Shown in pieces: positions 10,724 through 23,455 of a stretch of 64,000 nt of DNA. This stretch comes from Selaginella moellendorffii (taxonomy: Eukaryota > Plantae > Lycopodiophyta). The position numbers and the translations under genes are program-made. Within the stretch, counting starts at the first letter, position 1. Each line of letters begins with the position of its first letter. Where the stretch lies: contig NW_003314280.1 in NCBI RefSeq assembly GCF_000143415.4, positions 1,843,549 to 1,907,548 of the forward strand, written 5' to 3'. A model generated the notes under the pieces. That model had not been told where the DNA came from, searched no databases, and worked only from the letters and a program-made list of their open reading frames with translations.

Positions 10724-12756
10724 TCACCTCTTTCGACGCTTCTTCACCTCGGCGACAAGCTTGTTCACGTACATAATGTATCCATCCACATTGAACTTAC
10801 GCTTGCAGCCTTCGTAGTTCATGTAACGTATCTTGCCAAATATTGGCCTCTCTTTCCAGCCCTGAAAAACAAGCCTGTGAGAAAGAGCCTGTGTATTTTG
10901 CTCGCACACCTGGTCATGAATGCCACATATGGACCACATACAACCAACGTAGCCATTTGGATCTCTTCCATCCAATTGATACTGCAACAAAGGCTTTCTC
11001 TATGAAGAACACAAAGAGAGGGGGTAAACAATACCTTGTCGTTGAAGTAAATCGCAATGGCCAAAGCGTCCTCGGGACTTTCCGTCCACTCCAGTATCTT
11101 CTTCGCCCAGTACATACTGCCAAAAAACAGTGCAAAAGGAGTCATAAATCGAGAACTACTTTGGAACATACCGCATAAAACCGTGCATTTTCCCACGATG
11201 AACCATCTCTAGCTGGGAAGCGTTCCATAGCTGTTCAGAAAAAAAATCAAAGAAAGAAACTAGTAGCCTGTTCATTGAATTCAAGTCCCTTACTTTATCT
11301 TTTGTCTTCCCATCTTCAAGCTGCTGCCTCCTGGAAAAAAGAAGCACCAAATCTGTCTAAGCTGCAAGCTTTTGAAACGACCCTAGAGACAGCTTACGTG
11401 TAGATATGTTCTCTTTTATCATTCGCATGCTCAAGCAAGGAGTTCCGGGCCCATTCCCACGCTCCCTGGATGTTGTCATAATTCGGTTGATAGTAGCAAA
11501 AATTGTCAGACAGCTCCCGCCTGATTATTAGTTCCTCCAGAAACGAATCCACAGACTGGGAAAAAAGGAAGAAGGAATCAAGACAACGAAGCCATCAAAA
11601 GATTTTGAACGAACCTGCATATGTAGCTTACGAGCTTTTCGAACCTCAAATGCGCAGCGTTGAGGAGAAAGCTGGCCGTAGTGAAAGTAAGGGGAGAGGT
11701 CTGATAAACGTTCAAGTTTGGACGGGTCATTTCTCTCAGCGCTGTAACGTTGAAGTCTAGAGGACAAAAAAACCGCTAACCGTTCAAGAGCTATATCTTC
11801 GCCTGGTTCACACCAGTCGACTTCAGGAACTTCGTCACCAGCTCTGTTACATCGCAGAGAAAATGTCAGCGAGACCTTTTCTTGACGTCGTTACCTTAGA
11901 ACTTCATCTATAAGAGAATCCCAATCGATCTTCTCTTGTGCCACCCCAGGCCAAGGCTTTGAGAAAGGCTCGAGCGTTGGAAAGTCCACCAAAAACTCTG
12001 GAAGCTGCCTCTGGATTTTCAATCTGATAGTACGAGCAGCGTATTCCAGTTTGTCCGAGGCAATCCAAACGGGAACAACATTATGAGCATCTACCTCGTG
12101 GACGGCGGTGGTAGTGTCTGCCCCGAGTCTGCTTACAACACCAGTTCTCCAGGTTCGACCAATCCTCAGAGAAGAAAAATCAAGTACGAGGATGGACGCG
12201 TTGCATGCCTCGACAAATGAGGGAATCGTGTCTTCTGGTCGACCCTGCAGAGTTAAAACCATGGAAACGTGAAAACAAAGAGAGAGAGATCTAAAGCACC
12301 ATTCCAGGCATGGAAACAAGAAAGTTCTCAAGAAAAACAAAGGATTACCCGTAGCAAGAAAAAAGCGATGCCAAGCTTGTCGAGGTTCTTCTCCACAACG
12401 CGCAGGCCCCGAAGAAGAAATCCAAAATGCCGGGCTTTGGCTTCCAGAAAGCTCTCCACCAAATTAAACACCACGGCCACTGGGGTATCTCTCTTCCTGG
12501 CCTGCTCGGCCGCGTAGAGCAAAGCCCAGTTATCCCTGGATCGCTGATCCCTCGACATCCAATACACCACAGGACCGCTGTGAGATTCATCCCCTTGCCT
12601 TAACACGCGCACTCTCCTGGGATTCACACCGATCGACGATCTCAATCCCTCGCCTAGGAATCCACCGCCATCGGCGTCCAATTTCGGCTTCTTGGCTCCG
12701 GCGGCAGCAGCATCCAAGGCGCCAGCGACCTCCTTCTTACCCGAGAGCTGTGACAT
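10724..12756 (-). CDS. PHR1: Class II CPD photolyase, multi-exon
   Basis: [102 protein letters not shown]. Confidence 0.96.
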
Positions 12757-12894
12757 TTTCTTCTTGCCGCCTACATTCCAGGAGCCAAGCGCATACCTTG
12801 AGAACTTAGGGCTCTTGCGGATGGACACACGTGGCAGGCTCTCAGCCCTTCGCGCCATGCTTAGCCTTTCATATTCGCGCCAAACATAAACCAC

Positions 12895-13338
12895 TACCTT
12901 AAAGGCTTTGCTTAACGAGTACGCTCCTGCAAAGTTTGGTTTTGATTCTGCTGCTGCTGCTGCTGCTGCTGCTGCCGTGAAGAATTTTGATTCTGCTGAG
13001 CCTGCCTCGCCAGGATTAACATGTTTTGGATCGCCAACTGGAGCGTCTCAGCGAAAGCAATGGTTCCTGACGTCATGTTCTCGAAGTTCTCGGCCGGAAA
13101 TCCTCGGACCATTCTAGGGACTTCTGGAACCAGTTTTCCGGCCCAGCACCGCCCTGTTGGATGCCTTGCATTTGTTGGTCTTGTGTATGTTCTTCCACTG
13201 GCCGCCTCAGTCAAATTTAAGAAAAAAAAAAAGATTCCGTTAGGCCACGACTAGCAAGAACAGTGCTTCCACGAAGCGCTTCAAAAAGCTCACTCTGACG
13301 CACGAAATCGACCATCTTAGTAACTTACCTGAAGGTTA
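12895..13338 (-). pseudogene. Deleted copy of the 3' end of the SGT-like gene at 28.3-29.0 kb
   Basis: MVRGFPAENF, FAETLQ.AIQN and QQQQQNQNQ shared with 28356-28811; intron sequence is also shared (aacttacctgaaggtta). Confidence 0.85.
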
Positions 13339-13340
13339 GT

Positions 13341-13423
13341 GCAGAGGTAAATCGCTGCATCCCGGACTCTTGGATCTTTCTAGGACGCATGGAGGACAAC
13401 GGATGGCAAGGTTGGAGTTTTGG
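13341..13423 (+). pseudogene. Short fragment of a PPR gene closely related to 8330-8442
   Basis: cagaggtaaatcgctgcatcccggactcttgg...ggacgcatggagga...ttggagttttgg aligns to 8332-8442 with an internal deletion. Confidence 0.75.
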
Positions 13424-13712
13424 TGCTAAAGCACCCGCTGGAATGGTTTGCATCGGAATCGAGCAACAAGACTCCCCGGAATGGACTCCAGCCTGCTCGA
13501 TGTGCTCCATGATCCCCCCTATAACCACGCCCTTGTTTCCATCCGCCAGGCAGTCCACATCGATCTCGGAGGAGTCTGTGAGATAGTTATACTTATACCA
13601 CCAGCCTGGGTCAACTTCGACCGCTGTCTCCAGGTACTTCTTGAGCTTGTCGTTGCTGTAAGCAATCTCCATGGCCTGTCCACCAAGAACATTGGAAGGA
13701 TGCATGGCTGGT
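13424..13712 (-). pseudogene. carB: Internal fragment of carbamoyl-phosphate synthase large subunit
   Basis: PSNVLGGQAMEI.YS..KLKKYLETAVEVDP...YLTDSSEIDVDCLAD....VVIGGIMEHIEQAGVHSGES; no flanking CarB sequence. Confidence 0.88.
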
Positions 13713-15704
13713 AAGACATGTATGTGATAAATTAATGAAGCTAACACTTTATCACAGCTATAGCATGATTTACTTGCATGCTCACCTCTGCACTAATCAA
13801 TTGCTATTTATATTAAGGTGTGCTCAAATAAGCTATAAGCAATGAGAGGCATTTATGAGAGCAATTTAAACACCATACTTACATTAAAGCACATTGCAAT
13901 CAAATACATCTCCAAGTTTTGAGAATACGGAAAAATGGAGTGCCACAAATGATCATAATAATAAAAATCTAAGCTAAATGACACAAGAATGAAAACAAAA
14001 ACTTCAAATCTATTATATAAAATAATATGGTATTAGTGTTTGTTGGCAAAGTGAGGTGTCATGCCCATGCATATATGGCATATCAAATATTATCCACACA
14101 ATCACATTTTGATTACTTATATAGCAATCTAAAAGCATAATATTTTTGCATTAAGTTAAAAAACAATTCCACCAAAGGTTTAAGAGAAAAACAAATTCAA
14201 TCTTTATAGCTTTTTTTTATCTAGGGCACTTTTGATTTAACAATATGTTACAGCCAGCTCTATCGACCTTGACTACAAGCATGACTGCTCATGTCTTGAT
14301 ATACAGCATGATCTCTAAGGCCCAGGACAAACAGTATTGAGGATGCTCAAGACCAGCTTGAGGGTAGCCTAGGGAAATGCTGCTTCTTGTTGTATATGCA
14401 TTGGGGCCACCAATTGATCCTCTGTGTTTGCCAAGATCCAGTGCACCTCATTTGAAATCACAAGATCAATCTAAATACATTCTAGCCATTAGATCATTTA
14501 ATTCTGTTAGAATATGCTTTGGCTGTTTAAGAAAATTATAACATATTTATAACTTAAACACAAAATAAATATAAATATATATTCAACTATTATACTATAT
14601 GAGGTCTAAATGTATAGCTATAATGCCGTATATTAATATTAGTGTATGGCTACAATGCTATATACTAATATTAGCATAGTGGGATTTTGATGGCCATCAG
14701 ACTGGTTTCAATCTAAACACTCCTATATATAAATTAAGGTTTTTGAGCTAATTGCATATTTTTATATTCCATTTTTATATTCTATGCAATCATATTGGTG
14801 GAAATGAAGGGCAACTTTGATTGTCCCTAAGGAGTGTTTGAATTTGAGATTTTGTTTTAGATCTAGCTTTTACATTGTCTAAATCTCCCTTTCCTTATAG
14901 CTTTTTCAATTTCTTCTTTTATTTTATTTTTTCCTTTTCATTTATTTATATGGCAGAGTAGTAGCCTCCTCCTCCTTTGACTCTAAAGCAATAATTAGTA
15001 CAATTGCTTAATAGTATGCAGTTGTAGTTGAATAATCAGATTTGGTTAATAACAACATTCATGGCGTGTAGTACAACTTCTTTTACTCTTGCTGCTAATC
15101 TTTGTGTTTAGCTGAAATTCTTTCATGGGAATCTTGGGGATGATGTGTATCATTGGTTCGATCATTTTATGGTGATTGCCACATATCATTCTTGGGATGA
15201 TACTTAACATTTATGTGAGTTTCCCATGTATTCTCAAGGGATAACATTGTAATAATACAATGGTTTGAGTGTAGCCACTTGTGAGGATTGGAACATTCTC
15301 CCAAATGATTTTAAATGCCTTTTGGACATGCTAACAATTGTGATGATGCTTTGTAATAATTGTATCATCTTCATTAAAGTCCATTTAAGTCAGTGATGCA
15401 ATTTGATATTTGTTTCTGAAGTCTTTTACTTCATGCAAAACTAAATATGTTTAAGCGGATCAAATTGGGAATGTTATGACTAGCATTTCGTCAAAATTTT
15501 GTAAGACTTATGCATGCACTTGTTCTATCCACCCTTGATGATGCTTTTCACTTGGCACAACATTATTGTAAGCAACCAAAGAAAACAAAAGAGAAGAGAG
15601 ATGATCCATAGGGTTTATTCATGTGAGACACAAAATCCCTAGGCCCCAAAGTGGAGCCGGAAAGGGTGCCATGTGGTAGTGGCCGAAGCAAAAGCCCAAA
15701 CGGG

Positions 15705-16341
15705 TGTAACACGTTTGGACTAAAAGCTCTAACTTGGAAGGTCAAGAGCGGGAGTGGAACTCCCAACAAAGTGCTCAAGGAGCGAGCACGAAGCGAGCAA
15801 TAAGCAAGGCTCCAAAAAGGGACCCAAAAAGAACCAACACATGACACGTGGAAGTGTCCGAGGTGGACCCCAGTTGGAGTCCGAGATGGACCCGAAGTGG
15901 AGTCTGATATGGAGTCCGAAGTGGAGTCCGAGATGGAGTCCGATATGGAGTCCGAGATGGACCCGAAGTGGAGTCCGAGATGGAGTCCGATATGGAGTCC
16001 GAGATGGACCAGAAGTGGAGTCCGAGGTGGACCGAGACGGAGTTCGAGATGGACCCGAGATGGAGTCCGAGATGGAGTCCGAGATGGACCCGAAATGGAG
16101 TCCGAGATGGAGTCCGAGGTGGACCGAGACGGAGTCCAAGATGGACCCGAGATGGAGTCCGAGATGGACCAAGACGGAGTCCGAGATGGAGTCCAAGATG
16201 GAGTCCGAGATGGAGTCCGAGATGGACCGAGACGGAGTCCGAGATGGAGTCCGAGATGGACCGAGACGGAGTCCGAGATGGAGTCCGAGATGGAGTCCGA
16301 GAAGGACCCGAGATGGAGTCCGAGGTCGAGACCAAGACCGG

Positions 16342-16376
<35 letters not shown>

Positions 16377-17500
16377 GGACCGAGACCGAGACCGAGGCCA
16401 AGGCTGAGACTGAGCCCAAGCCCGAGCCCGAGTCCGAGTCCGAGTCCGAGTCCGAGTCTGAGTCCGAGTCCGAGTCCGAGTCCGAGTCCGAGTCCGAGTC
16501 TGAGAGGGTGAAAGCCCAAAGCGTTCATCTCCCAGACCCTGGGGGGTTTGGTGAGCTCCAAAAGTATAGTAAGGGGGAGGACTGCAGTGGAGCCAGTTTG
16601 GCCAGGAAAGGCCAGTTTGGCCTAGGAAGGCCAGACCCAGTGTTGGGTGATGAACTGACCACTGGGAAGTCCAAGACTAGAGTGAATACAGACCGACAAG
16701 TGGGGTAGCGTGGTGAAGTGTTCAAGAGCCGGCTCTAGTTCCCCCGGGAGATCGACTGGCTGATGCTCCCAGTCCAAGTGTGGGTGGCACTACCTACTTG
16801 GATACTAGGCGTGGCTCAACGGAACCTCGCTCTAAGCCCATGGCTAGAGCACCTAAAGGTGGAAGGCGGGGAGAGTACCCACGGGGCTCGCGTAGGCCCA
16901 CGGTGTTTCAAAATGTTGTCCCGGAGTCCCAAATGGAGAAAGGAGGAAAAGCAATCCTCTAGTGTGGTGACTAAGGATACAGTCACATGGTGAGGAAGTC
17001 CCAGAGGACCGTGGGACTTAGTGGTCGGGCCTGTGGGCCTCGATCCAGTGGCAGTGTTGGCAAACACGGCCAAGGGCAGAAAGGGACTTAGTGGGGATTG
17101 ACAGAGGGATATTGGGGAAGGCTATTCCCCTTGTCGGTGGGCATCCTAAGGATGCTAAGGAGTGGATCTGAGATGACCACTCACGGATGGTTTGCCTAGT
17201 CTTGGAGAGCCAAGACTGTGATGCAAGTGGTAATGGACTACCAGTGTGGCAAAGGTGATTGGGCATGGCCTTAGCGTAACAAGCTGCCATGTCGGTGGTA
17301 CCTTTGAGTGTCGGTCATGGGATCGGACACGTGGAGCACTGGGACCAAGTGCAAATGTTGAGTGGCATGGATGCCATTCTCGGGGCTAGCAAGTCCCAAG
17401 TCCTGAATTGGACTTATGGAGGTTGTGAATGAGACTCCTCCAAGTGGTCGGAGGTGTGGTTAAGTGACTAAAGTAGAAATGGAAAATTCAGTCGCTTACA
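15705..17500. mobile_element. Probable solo/partial LTR (TGTAAC...CTTACA) containing a minisatellite
   Basis: TGT/ACA termini, GC-richer than the flanks, no credible protein; no 4-6 bp TSD found; bracketed by a ~70-bp direct duplication (15545-15615 / 17501-17570). Confidence 0.5.
15875..16500. repeat. Compound minisatellite: 12-bp GATGGAGTCCGA and 9-bp variants, grading into 6-bp GAGACC and GAGTCC arrays
   Basis: Directly visible; explains the stop-free MESE/WSPR/DGVR/SISD ORFs in all six frames. Confidence 0.95.
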
Positions 17501-17521
17501 TTTTACTTGGCACAACATTAT

Positions 17522-18124
17522 TGTAAACAACCAAAGAAAACAAAAGAGAAGAGAGATGATCCATAGGGTTCAAATATAAAAGGAAAGGGCCCATAAATAA
17601 GAGTGCACCCCATTTTTCAAATTGATTAAGGGTTTTGGGATACTTGTGGTTAAATGTCCTTAGGTTTGAATAGTACTAGGCTGGGCAACTTCCCGAGAAG
17701 TCCAAATTCAAAAGCTTACATTTGGTATTAAAGAGGTCTCAAGTCCGACTCTGTTTATTGGCTAAGAAAATCGCACTATATGTTAATTGACATCTGATAG
17801 GTTTAGTTTGCTCTAGTTGGGCTTGACTCGAGGGGTAGAGTGTCAAGAGAATGGGGCTCTCAAGAGAGTTGTGGCTTTCAACTTTTGTTCACGAGGGCAT
17901 AAACTTGTAGGGAAACATGGTGGATTGTAAGCAACCAAAAAGAATAAAAGAGAACAACTTGAAAGAAGATCCATAAAGTTCAAATATAGAAGGAAAGGTA
18001 AATAAGAGTGCACCCCTTTTTTTTAATTGGTTAAGGGTTTTGAAATACTTGTGGTTAAGTTTCCTTGGGTTTGAATAGTACTAGGCTGGTGACATCCCAA
18101 GAAGTCCAAATTCAAAAGTTTACA
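17522..18124 (+). mobile_element. TRIM (terminal-repeat retrotransposon in miniature), 603 bp
   Basis: Two ~199-bp LTRs, TGTAA...TTACA (17522-17720, 17926-18124); PBS-like TTTGGTATTAAAGAG after LTR1; purine-rich tract before LTR2; 5-bp TSD ATTAT on both sides; ~205-bp non-coding interior. Confidence 0.9.
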
Positions 18125-18619
18125 ATTATCAAATATCACCTCTTCCACTTCTTATTACATGTCATTCAACTCCACTTTCTATAAGAGATGATCTTGTTCC
18201 AATAGAGGTTGATACTACTACTATTTGAGTTCAAAAACAAGGGCAAGCATGTGGTTATGGCCATGATATCCATTGTTGAATATGTGATAAAGTTAGTCAC
18301 ACTTATCAGCATTGTTGGTGTTTTCCAAATTAGTAACTTTTATTTCTTGAGTGAAGACCTTAGCATCAACAACATTTTATTAGTATTGCTATAGTGGAAG
18401 GTTTGGACACCAAGATGCCTTTAGGAAATGAGAAGTCATATAAGTAACAAAGGGTCTTTGCATAAATAAGTCAATAACCTTTTTATCTTTCTTTCGGGAA
18501 TATCATCAAGGGGTTCATTTGGCACTAGTTCATCCAGTGTTTACTTTCTAAGCTCGTTTTTATAACAAAAGCTTCTCTTTGTGGCAGTTGATATAGGCTC
18601 CTTGGTTTTACCTTGGAAA

Positions 18620-18960
18620 AATCCTTGTATTAGATCTTGAGTGTTTGTCAAGTTCTTCTCCGGTTCCCATGTTGTTTTGTAGAGTGGAAATCCTTTATAC
18701 TTTACATGGAATTTATTCACCTCACATTGTTGTCACTTGTTCTTGCACACATTAAGGATGGCCTCGACTTCATATTTCTCGTCCCCTTGGATAACCTTAG
18801 GTAAAGATTTCATTTAGTCTTTGCGAAGTGGGTCTTCAAAGTATAATTTAAGTAAGTTCACGCGGAATACAAAGTTCATCTTCCCCATCTCTTAAGGAAG
18901 TCAAAGGTGGTAAACCACCTTACCAATTCGAGCTTCAATCTCATAGGGCCCCATAAACCT
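18620..18960 (-). mobile_element. Ty3/gypsy chromovirus remnant (integrase C-terminus + chromodomain)
   Basis: Minus strand RFMGPYEIEARIGKVVYHL*LP (GPY/F motif) followed by YEVEAILN...FHVKYKGFPLYKTTWEPEKNL; stops and frameshifts. Confidence 0.85.
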
Positions 18961-20857
18961 ACTTAAAGAACTCAAGATCAAATAATCTCTAAAAAGATAT
19001 TTTTTTACCTTTGGGTCAATTTCTAACTAAACACACTTGGTAACTTTATACACTATCCTCATATCCCCAAATTAAAATCAAGTTATAAATCAACAATAAT
19101 ATATTGGATATTAACTCTACCATTGGCACTACCCTTCTACCATTGAAAGTCTATTGAGCCATTGAAAGTCTTGTAGAACTTGGCATGGTTAAGTATTATG
19201 GAAAGTTATCCACAATAAAAGCATTTATGGTGAAAAAACTCAATATTTGGAATTTGGTAAGGGATTCCTTGAAACAGGCTCAATAAATGCAAACTAAATA
19301 TGCAAACTAAAAGTGCCAAGACATAGAGTTTCAACTTGGGATGAAGGTGTGGCTAAATACCAAGAACTTATAAAGTGTCAATAGACATTTGATAGGTTTA
19401 ATATCACTCCTTGTAGATCTCACCATCTAAAGTTTGACTACCATTATATTCTATAACACTAGAGAAGAACTAAAGAATATGGAATGGAGGAGGTGTCAAT
19501 TGTTACATAAATATATCTAATGCCAAAGGTTAAGAAGGTTATTTTTTATGAGTTAATTTCTCATATCAATTGCACAATTCAAAGAATTAGTGCCAAAAAC
19601 AATGGATGTTGCTCTAGAATGATTAGGAGTTGAGCTTAACATCTCACATTTATGTGCTTAGACTTGAATTCTTCAGCAATGCTATGTTTGTGGGGTTGTT
19701 GAGGTTATTATATGAGGTTGTCTAGGTTATTATATGGGGTTGTCAAAGTTGTTGTGTGGGGTTTGCTAGTCAAGCTAAATTTACTATTGTGGGGTTAATA
19801 TTACTCATATAAGCTAGATCTATAGCTTAATTATCTTGAACCCAGATTCCATGTCAGAAGAGTGGCTAGTTGAGTAAAGTTATAGAGATTGAAAGTTTAA
19901 AAAGAGTAAATTTCATTCCTCAAATGTTGTTGTTGATACTACTATACCACCAATATCAATATTAAACTAACATACATAACTAGTTAGAAATGAGAAAGTT
20001 GTACAATATAGGTCTTTTATTTTGAAGGGTGTGCAAAATAAAATCAAGTTAGCAAAGGAGTTGAAGTGCATAATCATAAGGATAAATTATATTAATGTGA
20101 TGGCTGAAAAGTTTGTTGTCGTGATTGAGTTATCAAATAATGCTAAATATACTATCTAAATCTATGAAAATCCATCATGTATCTGCCTAGATTTCACACA
20201 AAGAGAGAATAGGGGAAAGGTATATTTAACTTGCAAACACATTTATTACATTTTTATGCAAGATTTAAACCAAGATTCAGCTTCAAAAGTGTTTTTAGAT
20301 TCCTTTTAGTGTTTAGATCTATATTTATATTTGTATTTTATTAGTTAAATTTATTTGAAAAAATAGATTAAATCAAAATTTGAAAGATGAAAAACTTTTA
20401 CTTCCAAACAAACCAATGTTTTTCCAGTGTTTTAGAACTCAAAACATAATTGTGCTTGATTGATCCTAGAAGAGGAAAAAAAGTTACAAGCTCATCCCAC
20501 TTGAAAACCACACACTAAGCTCACTACCTTCCCACAAGCTATATTGCTCACCCCATGCTGCTACCACCACCGCACAATCAACAATTGCACTTAGAAGTCA
20601 AATTCCTAAAAACTTGCTGCCACTTTGTTGGTTTTCACTGTTAGACTTGGTAAGATCAAGCTTTGAGATTCTTTCTATTATATGGAAATTTTATGGTCTC
20701 ACTTGAAGCTTGCAAGAGAGTAGCTCACAGGCTCAATCGACACTCACCGATATGCTGATACAAACGAAGGTGGTTTTATTTCTCTTGAGTGAATTTGTAA
20801 CCCAGCATGAAAGGCAAAGCTTTGCAAGCTTCAGGATGGAATTTTAGTTACCATGCT

Positions 20858-20915
20858 CAGGATGACTTGGATAGACAGCTGCTTCGTTTGAAGAGATTAT
20901 CAAGTCTCTGGTGGT
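20858..20915 (+). pseudogene. Isolated exon remnant homologous to the 3-hydroxyisobutyryl-CoA hydrolase fragment at 45417-45477
   Basis: caggatgacttggatagacagctgcttc..ttgaagagattatcaagtctctggtg vs caggatgacttggataaacaactgcttctc...ttgaagagataatcgagtctctggtg. Confidence 0.6.
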
Positions 20916-21155
20916 GGTGACTCCAGGCCTTTGGCTCAACTCCGTTCTTGCTAAATCCCCCCGTACCAAGCATGAATGGTGTGAAGAAACTGCTTGATCA
21001 CTGAGAAGCAATTAGAATCTTGCATCATGCAGATCGTTTACACTGACTGTGAAGTGTGAGCACAAGAAATTCTTGGAAAAAGTCACAGCCTCTAAAGATG
21101 AGAATTCTTTTAGGGTTTAATGCAGTAGGCTCAGACACACAAGTGCAAGCGGAGA

Positions 21156-22819
21156 ATGTTCGGGCCGCTGATTCGCGCGTGTAGGAGCATCTACCCAGCA
21201 AGCAGGAGCATCCACACAGCAAGCGCGAGTTGTAGGAGCATCTACCCAAGCATCCTCACAGCTGGCAGACCACAGACGGACGAGGCCTACAGAGAGTATG
21301 GAGACTTTATGTGGCTGGTGATGCTCCGCCTAGACAACCGAGTCCTCGGCCAAGTTTATCGGGCGCTAGGCGAAAGTGATGGCGCCACGGGCTGCTTCCA
21401 GGCGAATCTCCTAGACCAGACTCTCAAGTACACCGAAATCGTCAGCGGCGAATTCCCCCCTGTTAAGAAACCACTCGGGTTTGACGACATAGGCGACTAC
21501 CCCATCCCATATACACACATGATCAAGCTCGTGGACGACGCCACGAAGAATGCAATCCGCTGCTGCCGTGGAGAGCCACCCATCCATCACCGCACACAGG
21601 AAGAAACTCGCCTCGTGTACGACTTTTGCCGGAATGTTGCCTGCCGAGCCGAGAAGGAAGTCTTCTCCGGTGAGCCAAACGTGCACGAGTTGCAGGAGCA
21701 GGCGCGTGCGTTTGCCGCCGAGTGCTATGCCGGCATCTTTGGTCTGCAGTCCACAAACCTCACCTCTCTTGTCGATGTGCGCTCTCGATCATTTGCTACA
21801 CCTGTCGTTCCACGCACTTTCTTCTCCAGCGATCCCTTGGGGAAGTGTCTCAGGAGCCTCGAGTTGGCGCAGGAGGTGGCTGATGCCGGGGGACTGCCGG
21901 AGTTCCCTCATCATGGAGGTCTCGTCGCTCTCTACAACTTTGAAAAGAAACACGCTTACAAGCTGCTGCTAAACTGCCACAAGTACAAGAAAGGTATGGC
22001 TTCGATCCTGCCTGGAGTGTTTTACTTGTTTTCTTTCTGTGGCATGCAGGATATGACGAGCGCAAGCTCTTGTGGTCGTCTTTCGAGAACCAGCAGTTCT
22101 ACACTGTGGATGTGCAAGTGCCCGGTAATTCATTTGCAGTTGTTGTTATCTTAATTTTTTTCTTGCGTACTGCTGTACAGGTCTCACGTCGCTGGATCAA
22201 GTGAGTGTTGTAAAAGATGGACAGGGCATGCGTGTTTCCACGGAGAAGGACGTGTTCCGCCCAGAGAGGCTTCCAGTTCCTCCTTACGCCGACGTCGACG
22301 GTGCAATACATAATCTCCAGGATGAGATTCTCACCATTCGCCTTCCCAAAGGGGCCTCTGCGCTCAAATGGACAGCTTCAACTGTGCCAATTGACGACCT
22401 CGACGAGACTGAGCTGAACAAGAGTATCGATCTTATGTTTTTCTTTTTTTGTTCTTTTTACCTCTACTAATTTCCTGTTTTTCTCTTCTTCTCTGCTGTA
22501 GCCAAGAGGCGATCCATCAGGGCAACTACAGCAGATGACGAGCATCACCACATTCTTCGTGTCGAAGTTCCAGGTATGTCTCTGAAAACTCTCGTGTTTT
22601 CTCAAGAGCTTCTGGCTTGTTGACCGTGCAGGCTTGTCGCGAGAGGAAGTGATTGTGGACTGTGCAGGGCCGGAACTCATCGTTAAGACCAGCGGCAACG
22701 TCTTCAAGCAAAAGAAGCTTAAGCTTCCCTCTAGTGCTGACTTGAAGCAGGCTAGAGCGTCTTTCCGGAACGGCTTGCTTACCATTCGCGTTCCCAAGAG
22801 TACAGAGCTACAGAGCTAG
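21156..22819 (+). CDS. Unknown N-terminal domain + two tandem alpha-crystallin/HSP20-like domains, putative mitochondrial presequence; exons 21156-21993, 22050-22124, 22181-22423, 22502-22573, 22632-22819
   Basis: GT-AG introns restore a single frame; ACD1 FYTVDVQVPGL...VPPYADVD....LQDEILTIRLPK; ACD2 ILRVEVPGLSREEV...LPSSADLKQARASFRNGLLTIRVPK; R/S-rich N-terminus without acidic residues. Confidence 0.8.
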
Positions 22820-23199
22820 CTTTTTAGTAGTGCCTACTATTTATGTCTGTTCTCTTGTCACTTATAACAGAATGGTATTGTTATATAAAGAGTTTAATTT
22901 CTCCAGTAGTACTTTGATCACTTAAACAAATAGAATCTGGCCTTTTTACAAAAGTCAGAGTATCGAGCAGCAGGAATTTTCTATGTTAGAGAAAACAGCA
23001 AGGATTGATTTCTATTGGTACCATATGCCTTGCTCAAGTCAATTGAAGCCAAAAATCAAAACTTAGTAACTTGATCAATTAACAATGTTAGCATTTTTCT
23101 TCTCCTAAATGGCTTGCTAATGCAACAAATTTCCTTTTGTAGCCAACAGAGTATTCACAAAATAATAAGCATTATTTATATAAAATATATAATCTATAT

Positions 23200-23423
23200 A
23201 AATAGGGTATGTTAATTAGGGTTTAAACCATTACTTATATACAAAAATGGAAAGACTAGATTCAGTCCAAAATTGACAGTCCATATTATTATAATACTAT
23301 AATTAACATATTACCATATATAGACACACACACACATCCTTTTAGATAAGAGGATGGTGTAATGTTTGTAAATAGATATACATAGATATACATATACATA
23401 TACATACATATATATATACATAC

Positions 23424-23455
<32 letters not shown>

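Noticed and set aside
14960-15545. Weak LINE RT-like phrase (RLAARVKEVVL) on the minus strand
   Set aside because: Single weak motif among many stops
15563-16708. Long ORFs in all six frames (MESE/WSPR/LGLG repeats)
   Set aside because: By-product of a stop-free triplet-periodic minisatellite; not CRISPR (no unique spacers) and no protein motifs
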